From a virus: 64,000 bases of DNA. A model generated the notes under the pieces. It was not told the DNA's origin. It worked only from the letters and a program-made list of their open reading frames with translations, and did no database searches. A program made the translations under genes and the position numbers. This document shows, one piece after another, positions 1 to 9,502 of the stretch; positions within the stretch are counted from its first letter, which is position 1; each line of letters opens with the position of its first letter. The stretch is taken from the IMG/VR virus record IMGVR_UViG_3300037339_000405, positions 31,623-95,622 of that record. One strand, 5' to 3'.

Positions 1-289
1 CTGTAATGGTTGTTGGCCCTACTGCAATCTCGTATAGCTCCCCGTCTTGACCGTAGGAATACACGATGCGCTTGGTCATCTTGCGCCCGCGCTGGGGCTT
101 GATGAACGCGGGCTCGGAGGTAAGAGGACCAAGATCAGTAGGAGTACCCGCCTGCGTGCCGTCCGTCATCCACACTGTACCGTCAGCGAAGACGAAGAAC
201 ATGCCGTCCGAATTCCTCACCACCCCATAGACCGTGGTCGGAGCCGGGCTGATGTTATGGAATAGCGATGAAATCCTAGCGAGTGCCAT
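1..289 (-). CDS. putative tail protein, truncated by window edge
   Basis: ATG at 289 abuts the stop of the preceding gene; translates as MALARISSLFHNISPAPTTVYGVVRNSDG...; lies downstream of the tape measure gene. Confidence 0.55.
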   Translation of the reverse strand, partial: MALARISSLFHNISPAPTTVYGVVRNSDGMFFVFADGTVWMTDGTQAGTPTDLGPLTSEPAFIKPQRGRKMTKRIVYSYGQDGELYEIAVGPTTIT

Positions 290-895
290 CTATGCCTCCT
301 CAGCGTGCAGACTCCAGCCGTAGGCTGAGCCTCGCACATCAACGTTCTCTCTCAACGGATCGCAGATCACCGTAAGCTGTGGCCAATACTTGACCCGGTA
401 ACCCAACGCCCCGGCAACCACTGTCAGCGTGGCCAACTGTCCTACCATGCCCACCCCTGTCTCCTGCATCAGCCCGGTAGGCAAGACGACAAAGCCCTGC
501 AGCGGCACATCCGAGCGGTATACAGGCACTAGAATCACGTTGCCTTCTGCACTCGCCACGCGCGGGGCCACGCACTTCATGGTCCATGTCTGAGTGATAT
601 CAATGTCGGCCAACGCTGGCGGGACGGTACCGTTGCCGCTCACGTCAGTGGCAATCTTTTGCCATGAGCGCTGCCGGCGCCCGCTTCCCCCCAGCATCCT
701 ATGGCTCGCGTAGCCCCCCAGAGCCTCATAGGTCTGCGACAGGTCTGCGGCCGTGTAGAGGGGTACCACCAAGTCCTCGGACCCGCTGGTGAGCACTAGA
801 GGAGGTACAAGAGCCATCGAAAGATCCTTTCTAACTACGCCCGGAGTACGCCCAGTTACGGCTAGAGCGCCGGCTGCTGGAAATACGTCCGGCAT
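290..895 (-). CDS. putative distal tail / tail-tip protein
   Basis: Directly follows the tape measure gene with a TAATG stop/start overlap; function from synteny only. Confidence 0.55.
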   Translation of the reverse strand: MPDVFPAAGALAVTGRTPGVVRKDLSMALVPPLVLTSGSEDLVVPLYTAADLSQTYEALGGYASHRMLGGSGRRQRSWQKIATDVSGNGTVPPALADIDITQTWTMKCVAPRVASAEGNVILVPVYRSDVPLQGFVVLPTGLMQETGVGMVGQLATLTVVAGALGYRVKYWPQLTVICDPLRENVDVRGSAYGWSLHAEEA

Positions 896-3800
896 TACCG
901 CCCCCGGCGCTTCAGGCTCTCGCGCATCACAGCGGCCTTCAAGGACGCAACCACATCAGTCGCTGCCGACATACCAAACGTACCGAAGGGCAGAACCAGA
1001 TTCACGGGAGCCAGTGCGAGATTGCTGCCCGCCTCGGCATTACCCACGCGCAGCGACGAAGACCGGCCCACCACGCCACCCGTGGCGAAGCGCGGCATCC
1101 TGCGGCGCGGCAATCTCAGTTCATTGACGGCGTGCATGAATGTCTCGCCGTATTTAGCCACGGCCCTCGGGTTCATGACGAACTCGCCGCCAGTCAGCCA
1201 CCCCAGCACAGCATCCAAAGGCGAACGCGGCCCACGCACCGGGCCACCCTCGGCAAACTTCTTGTCCGACAAACCAGACAGCGTAGCCGTTACGTTCTTG
1301 TTGGGACCCATCAATTCTTCCGGCACGAAGCGCACCGGGATGTTGATCACCATGCCTTGCAACTCGGTCGTCTTGTCCACGATGGCCTTATCGTCAGGCA
1401 TGTAAGCCACCCGCGTAGTGACGATCTTGGCGGACTGCTGTTTCTCGAATTCCTTCAAGGCAGCAGTGGACTCAATCAAGTTCTCTTTGTCGATCAACTG
1501 CAGCTTCTGGCCCTGAAGGCTGACTATCGTCTTCTGTATGTCTGCCAGCTTGGTGTCAAGAGACTGTATGTTGGCGAGCGTGCTTGCTTGCTCTTCCTTG
1601 GTAACCGCTCTTTCTTTTGCTAACAAGGCAATTCGATTGGCCCTGATGATGTTACCTGCTTCAAACGCGTTGGCAGCCGCTTGAGCCGCCGTCTGAATGG
1701 TTACCTCCCCATCCACCACTTCCTGTGAAAACTGCGGGACCAGCGCCGTCTGCCGCTCTATCAAAGCTTTCGCTGTCTCAAAATCCTTCTTCTGAATAGC
1801 AGCCCGTATCTCGGAGGTACGCCGGTCAAACTCCAGTCTGGCATCCCCGATCTTTTGCGAGGAGCCCAGCTGCTGGCGCTCAAAATCGACCACACTGAAT
1901 TGCCCCTCGCGCTTCAGGTCGGCGATCTGCTTATCAATTCCCTTGATCTTCTCGCCATACGCCTTGTAGTCCGCCGCCATCTTCTGGCGCTCGGCGAACA
2001 CCGCCTGACTGAGACTCTGGTTGGCCTTGATCTGCGAGGTGATCAGATCCTGCGTGATCTTCTGCATCTCTAGGGCATGTGCCCGCGAAAAGGTCCCGTC
2101 GTCTTTCCGTAGCGTTCCATATACGGCTAACAAGCGCTTTGCCTCGTTCTCGGCAACGCGCACCATCTCAAGGCTCTGCGCTTCGGCAATGCGCACCCGT
2201 TCCTGCGCGAAACGGTTCTGCGCCTCTCGCACCTCTCCGGTCTTGTTTCGCAGCGTCAACACGTCGAGAGTGTCAGTTTCCAGCTTAGCCAGCTGCTGAC
2301 GCTGCGCATCGAAGTTGATCGTGGAAATCTCGCGCAACGCCGCAGCATGCGCGCGTATCTGCTCAGCAGTTTCCTTCTCTACGACTATCTGTGCTTTGGA
2401 GGATTCAGTGCTGCTCTTCACCAGATCAGAACGCAGCTTCTGCTGCCACCTTACATCCTCTTCCGCCCGACCTAGCTCTACCAAACGTACCCGTAAAAGT
2501 ATCGCTGCCTGCCCATATTTGTCCTGACTCTCGGCCAGCACCAGCTTGGCTTCAGCATCTTTACGACTCAGTCTGATATCCTCCTCATACTTTTTTAACT
2601 GAGCGTCCGTCAAAGCGGATACTTCCGCCAATCCCTTAGTCTCCACTCCAGTTGCAGCAACCCCTGCTACCGCTAGAGCTTCCTGAGCCTCCTTAACAGC
2701 CTTCACCTTTACAGCATGCTGTTCCAGCCTGCTGTTAATGTCCTTGTAGGCCGCTACCAACGCCACAGCGCCAGCCACAGCAACTGCCAGCACCCTACCT
2801 ACCGGGGTGAAAGCGAGCAGTCCTAGGCCCTTCTTGACCAGTTCCAGAGAACTGGCCAGCAAAGTCACTTCCCCCGCAGCAACGACTGCCGCTTTGCCTG
2901 TCGCAGCTGTTGCAGCGGTTGCAGCCGTAAGCAGCGCCGGCAGGGGCCTAAGCACCTTGATCAAGGCGGCGCCAGCTTTCACTAGACTAAAGATAGCAAG
3001 GCCAAACCCCAGCAATGCCGTGATGGTCGGGTGAATTTCGGCAAGATGCTTGATCGTAGTAAACAGGGAATCAAGTACTCGTATGGCAGGCAAAATAAAC
3101 TCAAGCATCGCCGTGCCAATCTGCTCAAAGGCCAGCCGCACCGTGTTAGCCAACAGAACAAATTGCTGGCCCGCCGAGCTTTGCACCCTTCCAGCTTGGG
3201 AATCCATCCGCCCCAAGGCTTCATTAAGCCCCTCCATGGAACTCGTGAGACCCTCGACTCCTTCCTTTGCCAGCGTCTGAACAGATGCGAAAATCCGGGC
3301 GTTACCCGTCAAGCCCGTGAGAGCGGTTTCTCCATTCTTGGCAGCATCCGTTACGATCTTCAGGGCGCCCGCAAGCCCCCGCGACTTGATCGCGGCTTCC
3401 GCACTCTTGAACCCTGCCTGTTCAAACACCTCCACCAACTCTTTGGAGGGCCTGCTAATCGCTACAATCACACTTTGAAGAGTGGAAAGAGAGCGCTGCG
3501 GAGACAGCCCTGAATTGGCCAGAGAGATCAGGCTTCCCTGCAACTCCTCGAAAGAAATACCAAGCTCCTGTGCGGTCGGTATCAGGTTACCCAGCCCTCT
3601 CGACAGCTGTTGAAAGGACAACCCGCTCCGCTGGGAAGTGAGCAACAGCTGATCCGCCACTTTGGAAGCCTGAGTACCTGCCAACCCATAGCCTTGCAGG
3701 ACCGTGGTGACGGCTTGCATCGTGGAGGCGTAACCCTCGCCATTTATGATCCCCAGCTTCAATGCCGTGTTAACCACCTCCTGAGCCTCTGTGGCACTCT

Positions 3801-4470
3801 TGGCGCCCGCACTGAACGCAGTACCGTAGAGCTTGGCCACCTCATCAGCAGCCACGCCGTAGGCTTTTGAAGAGGCTTCTACCGCAGTGGATACTTCCTT
3901 GGTGGTTACTCCGAAATCCTCCGCGCGGAGTTGCGCACGCAAAACCTCGGTTTCCAACTCGGCAGCGCCCTTGATGGCAACATTGAAAAACGCCCCGATG
4001 GATACCGCCCCGCCCGTCAACGTGGCAACCGCTGACAGGAATTCACGCATGGTGTCATTCAGCTTCTTGACAGCCAACTGAGAGTGCTTAGCCCCGTCCT
4101 CAATGGGCTTGAACATGCCCGTGCTCTTTTGCTTTACCTCCTGAACCGTGGAGTCAAGCTCCTTCAACTGCTTGTCGGCTTCTGAGGCTCCGGCAGAAAC
4201 GGTTTGGACAGTCTCTCCCTTCAACCGTGCTACCGCAGCCCCAAACTGCTCAACCTTGTTTTTCGTCTCGTCAGTAGTCCTGCCAACAAGCTTCATGCCG
4301 TCCATCAGCGACAGCGCGAATTCTTGCTTAACGTCACGCTTATCTCCCAACTGCTGAAGCTCGGTGATCTTGGCTACCAAGCCATCAACATCTTCAGTCG
4401 TCTGCTTGATGATGCCTTCAGCTAGGTTTTGTACTGCAAGCGTTACCTCAATGCGAGTCTGATCAGCCAT
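895..4470 (-). CDS. tail tape measure protein
   Basis: 1191 aa, Ala/Leu/Glu/Lys-rich helical protein with a TP901-type TMP core (ASKVADQLLLTSQRSG..FQQL..GL), hydrophobic mid segment and C-terminal FAEGG/FATGG motifs; follows the tail chaperones. Confidence 0.93.
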   Translation of the reverse strand: MADQTRIEVTLAVQNLAEGIIKQTTEDVDGLVAKITELQQLGDKRDVKQEFALSLMDGMKLVGRTTDETKNKVEQFGAAVARLKGETVQTVSAGASEADKQLKELDSTVQEVKQKSTGMFKPIEDGAKHSQLAVKKLNDTMREFLSAVATLTGGAVSIGAFFNVAIKGAAELETEVLRAQLRAEDFGVTTKEVSTAVEASSKAYGVAADEVAKLYGTAFSAGAKSATEAQEVVNTALKLGIINGEGYASTMQAVTTVLQGYGLAGTQASKVADQLLLTSQRSGLSFQQLSRGLGNLIPTAQELGISFEELQGSLISLANSGLSPQRSLSTLQSVIVAISRPSKELVEVFEQAGFKSAEAAIKSRGLAGALKIVTDAAKNGETALTGLTGNARIFASVQTLAKEGVEGLTSSMEGLNEALGRMDSQAGRVQSSAGQQFVLLANTVRLAFEQIGTAMLEFILPAIRVLDSLFTTIKHLAEIHPTITALLGFGLAIFSLVKAGAALIKVLRPLPALLTAATAATAATGKAAVVAAGEVTLLASSLELVKKGLGLLAFTPVGRVLAVAVAGAVALVAAYKDINSRLEQHAVKVKAVKEAQEALAVAGVAATGVETKGLAEVSALTDAQLKKYEEDIRLSRKDAEAKLVLAESQDKYGQAAILLRVRLVELGRAEEDVRWQQKLRSDLVKSSTESSKAQIVVEKETAEQIRAHAAALREISTINFDAQRQQLAKLETDTLDVLTLRNKTGEVREAQNRFAQERVRIAEAQSLEMVRVAENEAKRLLAVYGTLRKDDGTFSRAHALEMQKITQDLITSQIKANQSLSQAVFAERQKMAADYKAYGEKIKGIDKQIADLKREGQFSVVDFERQQLGSSQKIGDARLEFDRRTSEIRAAIQKKDFETAKALIERQTALVPQFSQEVVDGEVTIQTAAQAAANAFEAGNIIRANRIALLAKERAVTKEEQASTLANIQSLDTKLADIQKTIVSLQGQKLQLIDKENLIESTAALKEFEKQQSAKIVTTRVAYMPDDKAIVDKTTELQGMVINIPVRFVPEELMGPNKNVTATLSGLSDKKFAEGGPVRGPRSPLDAVLGWLTGGEFVMNPRAVAKYGETFMHAVNELRLPRRRMPRFATGGVVGRSSSLRVGNAEAGSNLALAPVNLVLPFGTFGMSAATDVVASLKAAVMRESLKRRGR

Positions 4471-4660
4471 CGTAGTGGTCCTTGATGAATTTCAAGAAGC
4501 TTTTCTTGTCCGCTTGGGTAGCGACGCGCATCATCAACAGCTGATCGTAAGCCTCGTTACTGTGTCGCGCCCGCGCGAGCGTGTGAAACATCCACAGCTG
4601 ACGCAGGGTATACCCCATGATCTGTGGCAACAAATGGCCGTTTGCGCACAGGTATTCCAC
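4463..4660 (-). CDS. tail assembly chaperone C-terminal part (gpT-like)
   Basis: Short ORF between chaperone and TMP with an IMGYTLRQL motif; in the -1 frame relative to 4669..5121. Confidence 0.6.
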   Translation of the reverse strand: MEYLCANGHLLPQIMGYTLRQLWMFHTLARARHSNEAYDQLLMMRVATQADKKSFLKFIKDHYDG

Positions 4661-4668
4661 CGCAGTCC

Positions 4669-5121
4669 CTAGTGCCCTTTGCCAATCTTGATCACCTTCT
4701 TGGCCGGTCTCATGACTTCGTTCACGGCGCCTGCGGCGATCTCGTCCAGCTTCATTCGGGCTGCCATCCTTCCCGCGCCTGCCGCGAGACTGCGGAGCAT
4801 CTTTACAAACTCATCCTCATCAAGAACCGTCAACTCCCACACATCCTGCAGTGCCTTCAGCTGCACTTGCAGAGGCAGCTTACTGACCATGCCAGCCTCG
4901 CCCGGCTCGTCGGCCGCGTAGGCGATGATTGACGCACAGAACTCCGGGGAGTTAACCAGAATCTGCTCTATCGTGGTGGCGCCGCTGAACAGGGCATTGG
5001 TAGTCTCCGGATTCAGCTTCAACAGCATCACAATGTCGTTAAGTGTCAACCCCCGCACCTCAAACTTGCCAGAGGGGGCAACAATCTCGCGCTTCTCTAT
5101 CTTCAGATCCTTCAAACCCAT
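4669..5121 (-). CDS. tail assembly chaperone (gpG-like)
   Basis: Lies between tail tube and TMP; FEVRGLTLNDI motif. Confidence 0.7.
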   Translation of the reverse strand: MGLKDLKIEKREIVAPSGKFEVRGLTLNDIVMLLKLNPETTNALFSGATTIEQILVNSPEFCASIIAYAADEPGEAGMVSKLPLQVQLKALQDVWELTVLDEDEFVKMLRSLAAGAGRMAARMKLDEIAAGAVNEVMRPAKKVIKIGKGH

Positions 5122-5188
5122 GGCTCACTCCCTTGGCCTAGTGTTAACTGCAACCGCCTGCAACTAACTGCACGCCCTCCATGGCATG

Positions 5189-5216
5189 AAAAGAAGGGGG
5201 CCGAAGCCCCCTTTTC
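5189..5216 (-). terminator. intrinsic terminator after tail tube gene
   Basis: Minus strand GGGGGC-TTCG-GCCCCC hairpin followed by TTCTTTT. Confidence 0.75.
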
Positions 5217-5248
5217 AAAACTACCCCACCCTCAACAACACCCCATTC

Positions 5249-6274
5249 TTACCTGATGGTACGCACGTTGAAGAACTTGCTCCCGCTGGTGCGCAAAGAA
5301 TCCGCGAGCGCATTGCCCTCGATCTGGAACTGCGCAAGATCCTCGGTGATGAGCGCCAGTTCCTGCAGCGGGCTCGCCTGCAGCCTGAACACATCCACAA
5401 CCACCGGGCTATTGCCGTCCGCAGTGTTGAGACCCTCGAAACGCACGTACTTCTCAAGCGTGCCTTGCGTCAGGGCATCCATCCTCTGCTGCGCCGCATA
5501 GCTGTAATCAACGTCCAGCGTGAAACCATCCGTCTCAAGCTCACCCCCAGACGTGTAGGCAAGGGCCACCGTGGAAGTGTTGATCGTGACAGACGTGTTG
5601 GCAACGAACGACACAACCAGATGCCGCCTGTCATTAAGCACGGTGCTCATTGTGCCCGTGACAGCAGTAATGCCGACATAGCCCCCCACCACTACACCTG
5701 CGGTGTTCGCAATAGAAACCACTGCGTTGGTAGCCACTGACACAGCAGTAATTGCCACGCCGTCATCAGCCAGCTTGTCAAACAACTGCGCCCCCAACCC
5801 ATCGTTGAAGTACAGCGAGCCCGCGTCGGTATTGGTCTTGTAATCCCACGGCGTATTGTCATCCACATACGGGGTGAGCGTTACAGCGTTGATCCCAACA
5901 ACTACCGTAGAAACCCGGAGGTTCTCCAGCGGAGTCACCTTGCCGAAGTAGCCAAGAGGAGACTCGTTTGTGACACTGCCAGCGTTCTTGATCGTCACGT
6001 TGCCGCGAAGCGCCACCGCAAGGTTCTCCGCGATCACGTTCTCGACTGTGAAAGCCACCGTCACGTTAGTCTCCTGATTCAGCCGGAGATCAATCGCGCG
6101 TTGGCCTGACTGAGACTCCTTGTGCTCAAGGTTGGTCTCATCCACGCTTATGGTAAGTTCCGGCACGTTGCCAACAGGCACAAGACCCGCCGGAGCCCCA
6201 AGGGCATCCCGGTCCCCTATCATCAGCACGCCTTGGCCGGAGTAGTAGTAGCTCTGGCGGTCCCAAGTGCTCAT
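5249..6274 (-). CDS. major tail (tube) protein
   Basis: YYSGQG...PVGNVPELTISV..T.LEHKESQSG N-terminus typical of siphovirus tail tubes; beta-rich insertion; synteny. Confidence 0.85.
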   Translation of the reverse strand: MSTWDRQSYYYSGQGVLMIGDRDALGAPAGLVPVGNVPELTISVDETNLEHKESQSGQRAIDLRLNQETNVTVAFTVENVIAENLAVALRGNVTIKNAGSVTNESPLGYFGKVTPLENLRVSTVVVGINAVTLTPYVDDNTPWDYKTNTDAGSLYFNDGLGAQLFDKLADDGVAITAVSVATNAVVSIANTAGVVVGGYVGITAVTGTMSTVLNDRRHLVVSFVANTSVTINTSTVALAYTSGGELETDGFTLDVDYSYAAQQRMDALTQGTLEKYVRFEGLNTADGNSPVVVDVFRLQASPLQELALITEDLAQFQIEGNALADSLRTSGSKFFNVRTIR

Positions 6275-6311
6275 TTCATGTCTCCTTGATTATGCGTCTG
6301 GCCTAAGATGG

Positions 6312-6956
6312 TTAGCGCTTGTTGAACCAGACCAGAAGCAACTGATCCGTGCTGATGTCGGTCCCGGACTTCACACCGCCAGTCGCGTTTCCACCGCTAA
6401 GGACGGCCCCGGATACGGCAGTGGTGGTGGCAGATTCCGCAAGGGTAAACGCATTGCCACCGGTACCCTCGGCAACAGCCGTGATGGTAACAACCCCTGC
6501 AACCGCAGCCGCTCGTACCTGCTGGCTTCCGTCCCACGCCTCGACTTCGTTGACCACCGCAACAACATTGGCAGCAGTAGTATCTTCATCAGTGCCAAGG
6601 TTGATCTGCCGGGAACCCGGCGTGCGCACGGCAACAGCGGCGATGAACGTGTAGATTTTGGCATTGACCGTAATGGTCTCGGCAGCAATCGGGACCCCGG
6701 TAAACGTAATCGTGCCAGAGGCTCTCAGATCCACAATGGTCACGTCGGTAAGCAGAGCAAGAGTACCCGCCGTGTTATGGACTGCAGCGATAACGGTATC
6801 TTCATCCCGAATCGCGGCCAAATCCATCTTGGTGGAAGCGGTGGCGCCCGCGAGAAGAGAGATCGTCAACCCCTGTTGTTCCACAAGGATCGCGCGCAAG
6901 AGCTTATCCAGCCCAGAGCCACCCTTGCCAAAATTGGAAGAAATCGTGGTCAGCAT
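6312..6956 (-). CDS. virion structural protein (unknown role)
   Basis: Ala/Thr/Gly/Val-rich 214 aa protein within the morphogenesis cluster. Confidence 0.5.
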   Translation of the reverse strand: MLTTISSNFGKGGSGLDKLLRAILVEQQGLTISLLAGATASTKMDLAAIRDEDTVIAAVHNTAGTLALLTDVTIVDLRASGTITFTGVPIAAETITVNAKIYTFIAAVAVRTPGSRQINLGTDEDTTAANVVAVVNEVEAWDGSQQVRAAAVAGVVTITAVAEGTGGNAFTLAESATTTAVSGAVLSGGNATGGVKSGTDISTDQLLLVWFNKR

Positions 6957-6986
6957 TTCAATGTCTCCATGTAAGTAGTCGCGGCT

Positions 6987-7325
6987 TTACTTGTCGGCGC
7001 GCGATTTGCCGAAGCGACTCAGAGTGTGTCTACGCTCGGAAGCGCCTTTCTCATTTAGATCCTTCTCTACTGCCACTTCAGCATCGTAAGAAGATTTGAA
7101 ACTCACCTCTTTGCTCGGTTCCGGAGCAGTCTCTTTCACGGGGGTACCTTCAGGCACTGCAATCGAAGCGCGAATGGCCTTGAGGATCTCTCCCTTGGGT
7201 AAGGCAACCCCCCGCTCCACAAGCCACTTCGCCTTGTGCGCCGGAAGAACTAGAACCGATCCAGCGGAGCACAGCAGCCCCTTGTGGATGTGATCCCGTA
7301 TGAGAGTGACTTCTACCTGCTGCAT
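6987..7325 (-). CDS. hypothetical protein, morphogenesis cluster
   Basis: Start reassigned to MQQVEV (7325), which has a GGAGGTG RBS. Confidence 0.5.
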   Translation of the reverse strand: MQQVEVTLIRDHIHKGLLCSAGSVLVLPAHKAKWLVERGVALPKGEILKAIRASIAVPEGTPVKETAPEPSKEVSFKSSYDAEVAVEKDLNEKGASERRHTLSRFGKSRADK

Positions 7326-7368
7326 ATCACCTCCGATTCTAGGGCTCACAGCGCCTCCTAACAAGCTG

Positions 7369-7866
7369 CTATGAGTGATAGCCGAAATAGGCCGAGTTGT
7401 CCTGACGCTTCACGGTGAGCATCATGGGTGTCAGCCAGCGCACCACGTGCACATGGTTGTTGCCCATATTGGGGGCGGGCACTTCACTGACGAAGCGCCA
7501 TGGGTGCCCCGTGGGGGCTCTCTGTTCAAGCATCGCCAGCCGCAGCTGGTCCAGAATGTTGATAACCATGTTCTTGCGCTCGGCGCCAGCTATGGAATTG
7601 GTGTCGCTGATGACCGCTATGGCGACCTGTAGGCGGGCGCTGATGCCCTCGGGGCCACCCTGCCCACCTTGGATGAGACCCTCGTAGAAGACGCCACAGC
7701 ACGGTTTCTGGACCTGCACAGCGGCATCCAACAAATCCTTCTCGCTGTAGACATAAAACGTGCGGGTTTTGAACTGTGCAATTGACTGCATGCGCTCAAT
7801 CACATGATCGAGACAAGACTGCACCACCGTCCCGGGCTCGACATTGAGAGGCACACTAGAGGGCAT
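7369..7866 (-). CDS. putative tail terminator / tail completion protein
   Basis: Size and position between neck genes and tail tube. Confidence 0.55.
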   Translation of the reverse strand: MPSSVPLNVEPGTVVQSCLDHVIERMQSIAQFKTRTFYVYSEKDLLDAAVQVQKPCCGVFYEGLIQGGQGGPEGISARLQVAIAVISDTNSIAGAERKNMVINILDQLRLAMLEQRAPTGHPWRFVSEVPAPNMGNNHVHVVRWLTPMMLTVKRQDNSAYFGYHS

Positions 7867-8302
7867 TCACAGCCTCCTTTATCCGCTTGTTGATCAGCTT
7901 TTCCACCAGCTGGCTATCAGCGTCGCTAACCCCCATGAATCGTCGCACTGGAAGAATGCTCGTGCCCTGCTGATGAAAGATCCCATAGGGCGTATCACTG
8001 AAGATTTGCATCTCGGCGTACTCACTGTCTCCCACCACTTCTGTCAGCTGGATAGAGCGGAACAGATCGCCAGTATCAAACAGCGTCCCAGTACCCCCCT
8101 GCTTTCTACGTTTTATAGCCGCTTCACTCGGGGGCCACGGCTCCTCATCCGGGTCCACCTCACGCAGAAACCGCGCTCTGATTCTGTCCAACAGCAGCGC
8201 CCCGGCTTCCTCCAATACCTTGCGGGGGTCAAACGCTTCAGACAAGCTCCCCAAGAGCTTGGTGACGGTGTTGTTGACCGTTACCTTGACAGCTACAGTC
8301 AT
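7856..8302 (-). CDS. phage virion morphogenesis protein (Mu gpG / P2 gpS-like)
   Basis: RF.REVDPD..PW.P, L.DTG.L..SI, YGIFHQ.G...P.RRFMG.S motifs. Confidence 0.85.
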   Translation of the reverse strand: MTVAVKVTVNNTVTKLLGSLSEAFDPRKVLEEAGALLLDRIRARFLREVDPDEEPWPPSEAAIKRRKQGGTGTLFDTGDLFRSIQLTEVVGDSEYAEMQIFSDTPYGIFHQQGTSILPVRRFMGVSDADSQLVEKLINKRIKEAVNAL

Positions 8303-8931
8303 CAGAGGCGCGGAAGAAATGCGAAGGGAATGTTGTTGCGCAGGTACGGGCGCACCACTTCAAACCCGTGTGCTTTGGATTCATCCGTGAGAGGCTTGGC
8401 ATCCGGCGCCCGGTTAGTGGTCTGCTGCGTGTTCAGCACCCCCGGCACATAGCTGAGCACCGCTTCCAGCAGCCAATCTGGAGGCACCTCGTCAACAAAC
8501 TCCCCATCACCATCGCGCTCGAAACCGTAGTCATACGATACCTTGATCCACGCCTCATCATAGGTATCGGTAGGCAGCGTGATGATCCCTCGCACCGGGT
8601 CCACCTCGGCGTCTGCCAAGATATCCGTTACCACCCCCGCGCGCATGTCAACATAGTTTTCAGCCATCACGATGCTGAGTACCGGGTCTCCTCGCATGAA
8701 ACCCATCTTCAAACGCAACCGGGCCAGCCCGCTGGGAAGCGTGTCCCAGAACTGGCTGACCCGGATATTGAAGACATCAACTGAACTACCTTTGGTGAAC
8801 TGGGTATTCAGAACCCCTTCGTAGTACAGCTGAGAGCCCTTCATACCGCTCTCCATGCTGGCCTGCAAGTCAGGATTGGGAGGCATCCCCAACCGCTGGA
8901 AAATCTCGGGTCCCGTAAGCAGTTCAACCAT
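8302..8931 (-). CDS. head-tail adaptor / head completion protein
   Basis: V.Y.YGF...VPPDWL.EAVL motif; synteny downstream of capsid. Confidence 0.65.
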   Translation of the reverse strand: MVELLTGPEIFQRLGMPPNPDLQASMESGMKGSQLYYEGVLNTQFTKGSSVDVFNIRVSQFWDTLPSGLARLRLKMGFMRGDPVLSIVMAENYVDMRAGVVTDILADAEVDPVRGIITLPTDTYDEAWIKVSYDYGFERDGDGEFVDEVPPDWLLEAVLSYVPGVLNTQQTTNRAPDAKPLTDESKAHGFEVVRPYLRNNIPFAFLPRL

Positions 8932-8944
8932 GGCCGCTGTCTCG

Positions 8945-9415
8945 TTACACCCCTACCGCGCGTCTGCGGGAGCTTACAGCCATCTTGCGCCCTGCACCAC
9001 TCTCCGGAAGGCTTACAACCCCTTCGGGCTCCACATGCTCACGACGTTCAGCAGCCGATGAAACCTTGCGGCGTGGATCGGCAACAGCCGTGTCGATTTC
9101 ATCTTCACGAGCCTGCTGAGCATGTGTTTTCCCCTCAGCATCTTGGGCGCGGGGACCTTCACCCTCCGAGTTTCGCAAGGGGCGCTTCGCACGCTTGACA
9201 TACACGCGGAAGATAGGCAGATCACGGTCATCCACCCGAGAAAGCAACGCTTCTGCTTCATCACGTGGACACTTGTAAATCATGTCAGAGCGGTAAATCT
9301 TCGCGCTGGGGCCGATCCCCAGCATGTAGGTCTTCGCCTGAACAAGCTCAATCTGCATCTCATCCGCAACAGGTGTCGCAGCCTTGGCTACGCGCTTCAC
9401 TACCATGGGGGTCAC
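8945..9415 (-). CDS. hypothetical protein
   Basis: ORF with AGGAG RBS, downstream of the capsid terminator. Confidence 0.55.
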   Translation of the reverse strand: MTPMVVKRVAKAATPVADEMQIELVQAKTYMLGIGPSAKIYRSDMIYKCPRDEAEALLSRVDDRDLPIFRVYVKRAKRPLRNSEGEGPRAQDAEGKTHAQQAREDEIDTAVADPRRKVSSAAERREHVEPEGVVSLPESGAGRKMAVSSRRRAVGV

Positions 9416-9432
9416 TCCTTTGGGTCCAAAGT

Positions 9433-9461
9433 AAAAGGGCCACCGGGATCTCCGGTAGCCC
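9433..9461 (-). terminator. intrinsic terminator after major capsid gene
   Basis: Minus strand GGGCTACCGG-AGATC-CCGGTGGCCC followed by TTTT. Confidence 0.65.
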
Positions 9462-9502
9462 TACTACTCTAGCACAGCGTCTCCGCTGCGGGATGGCCCC
9501 GA

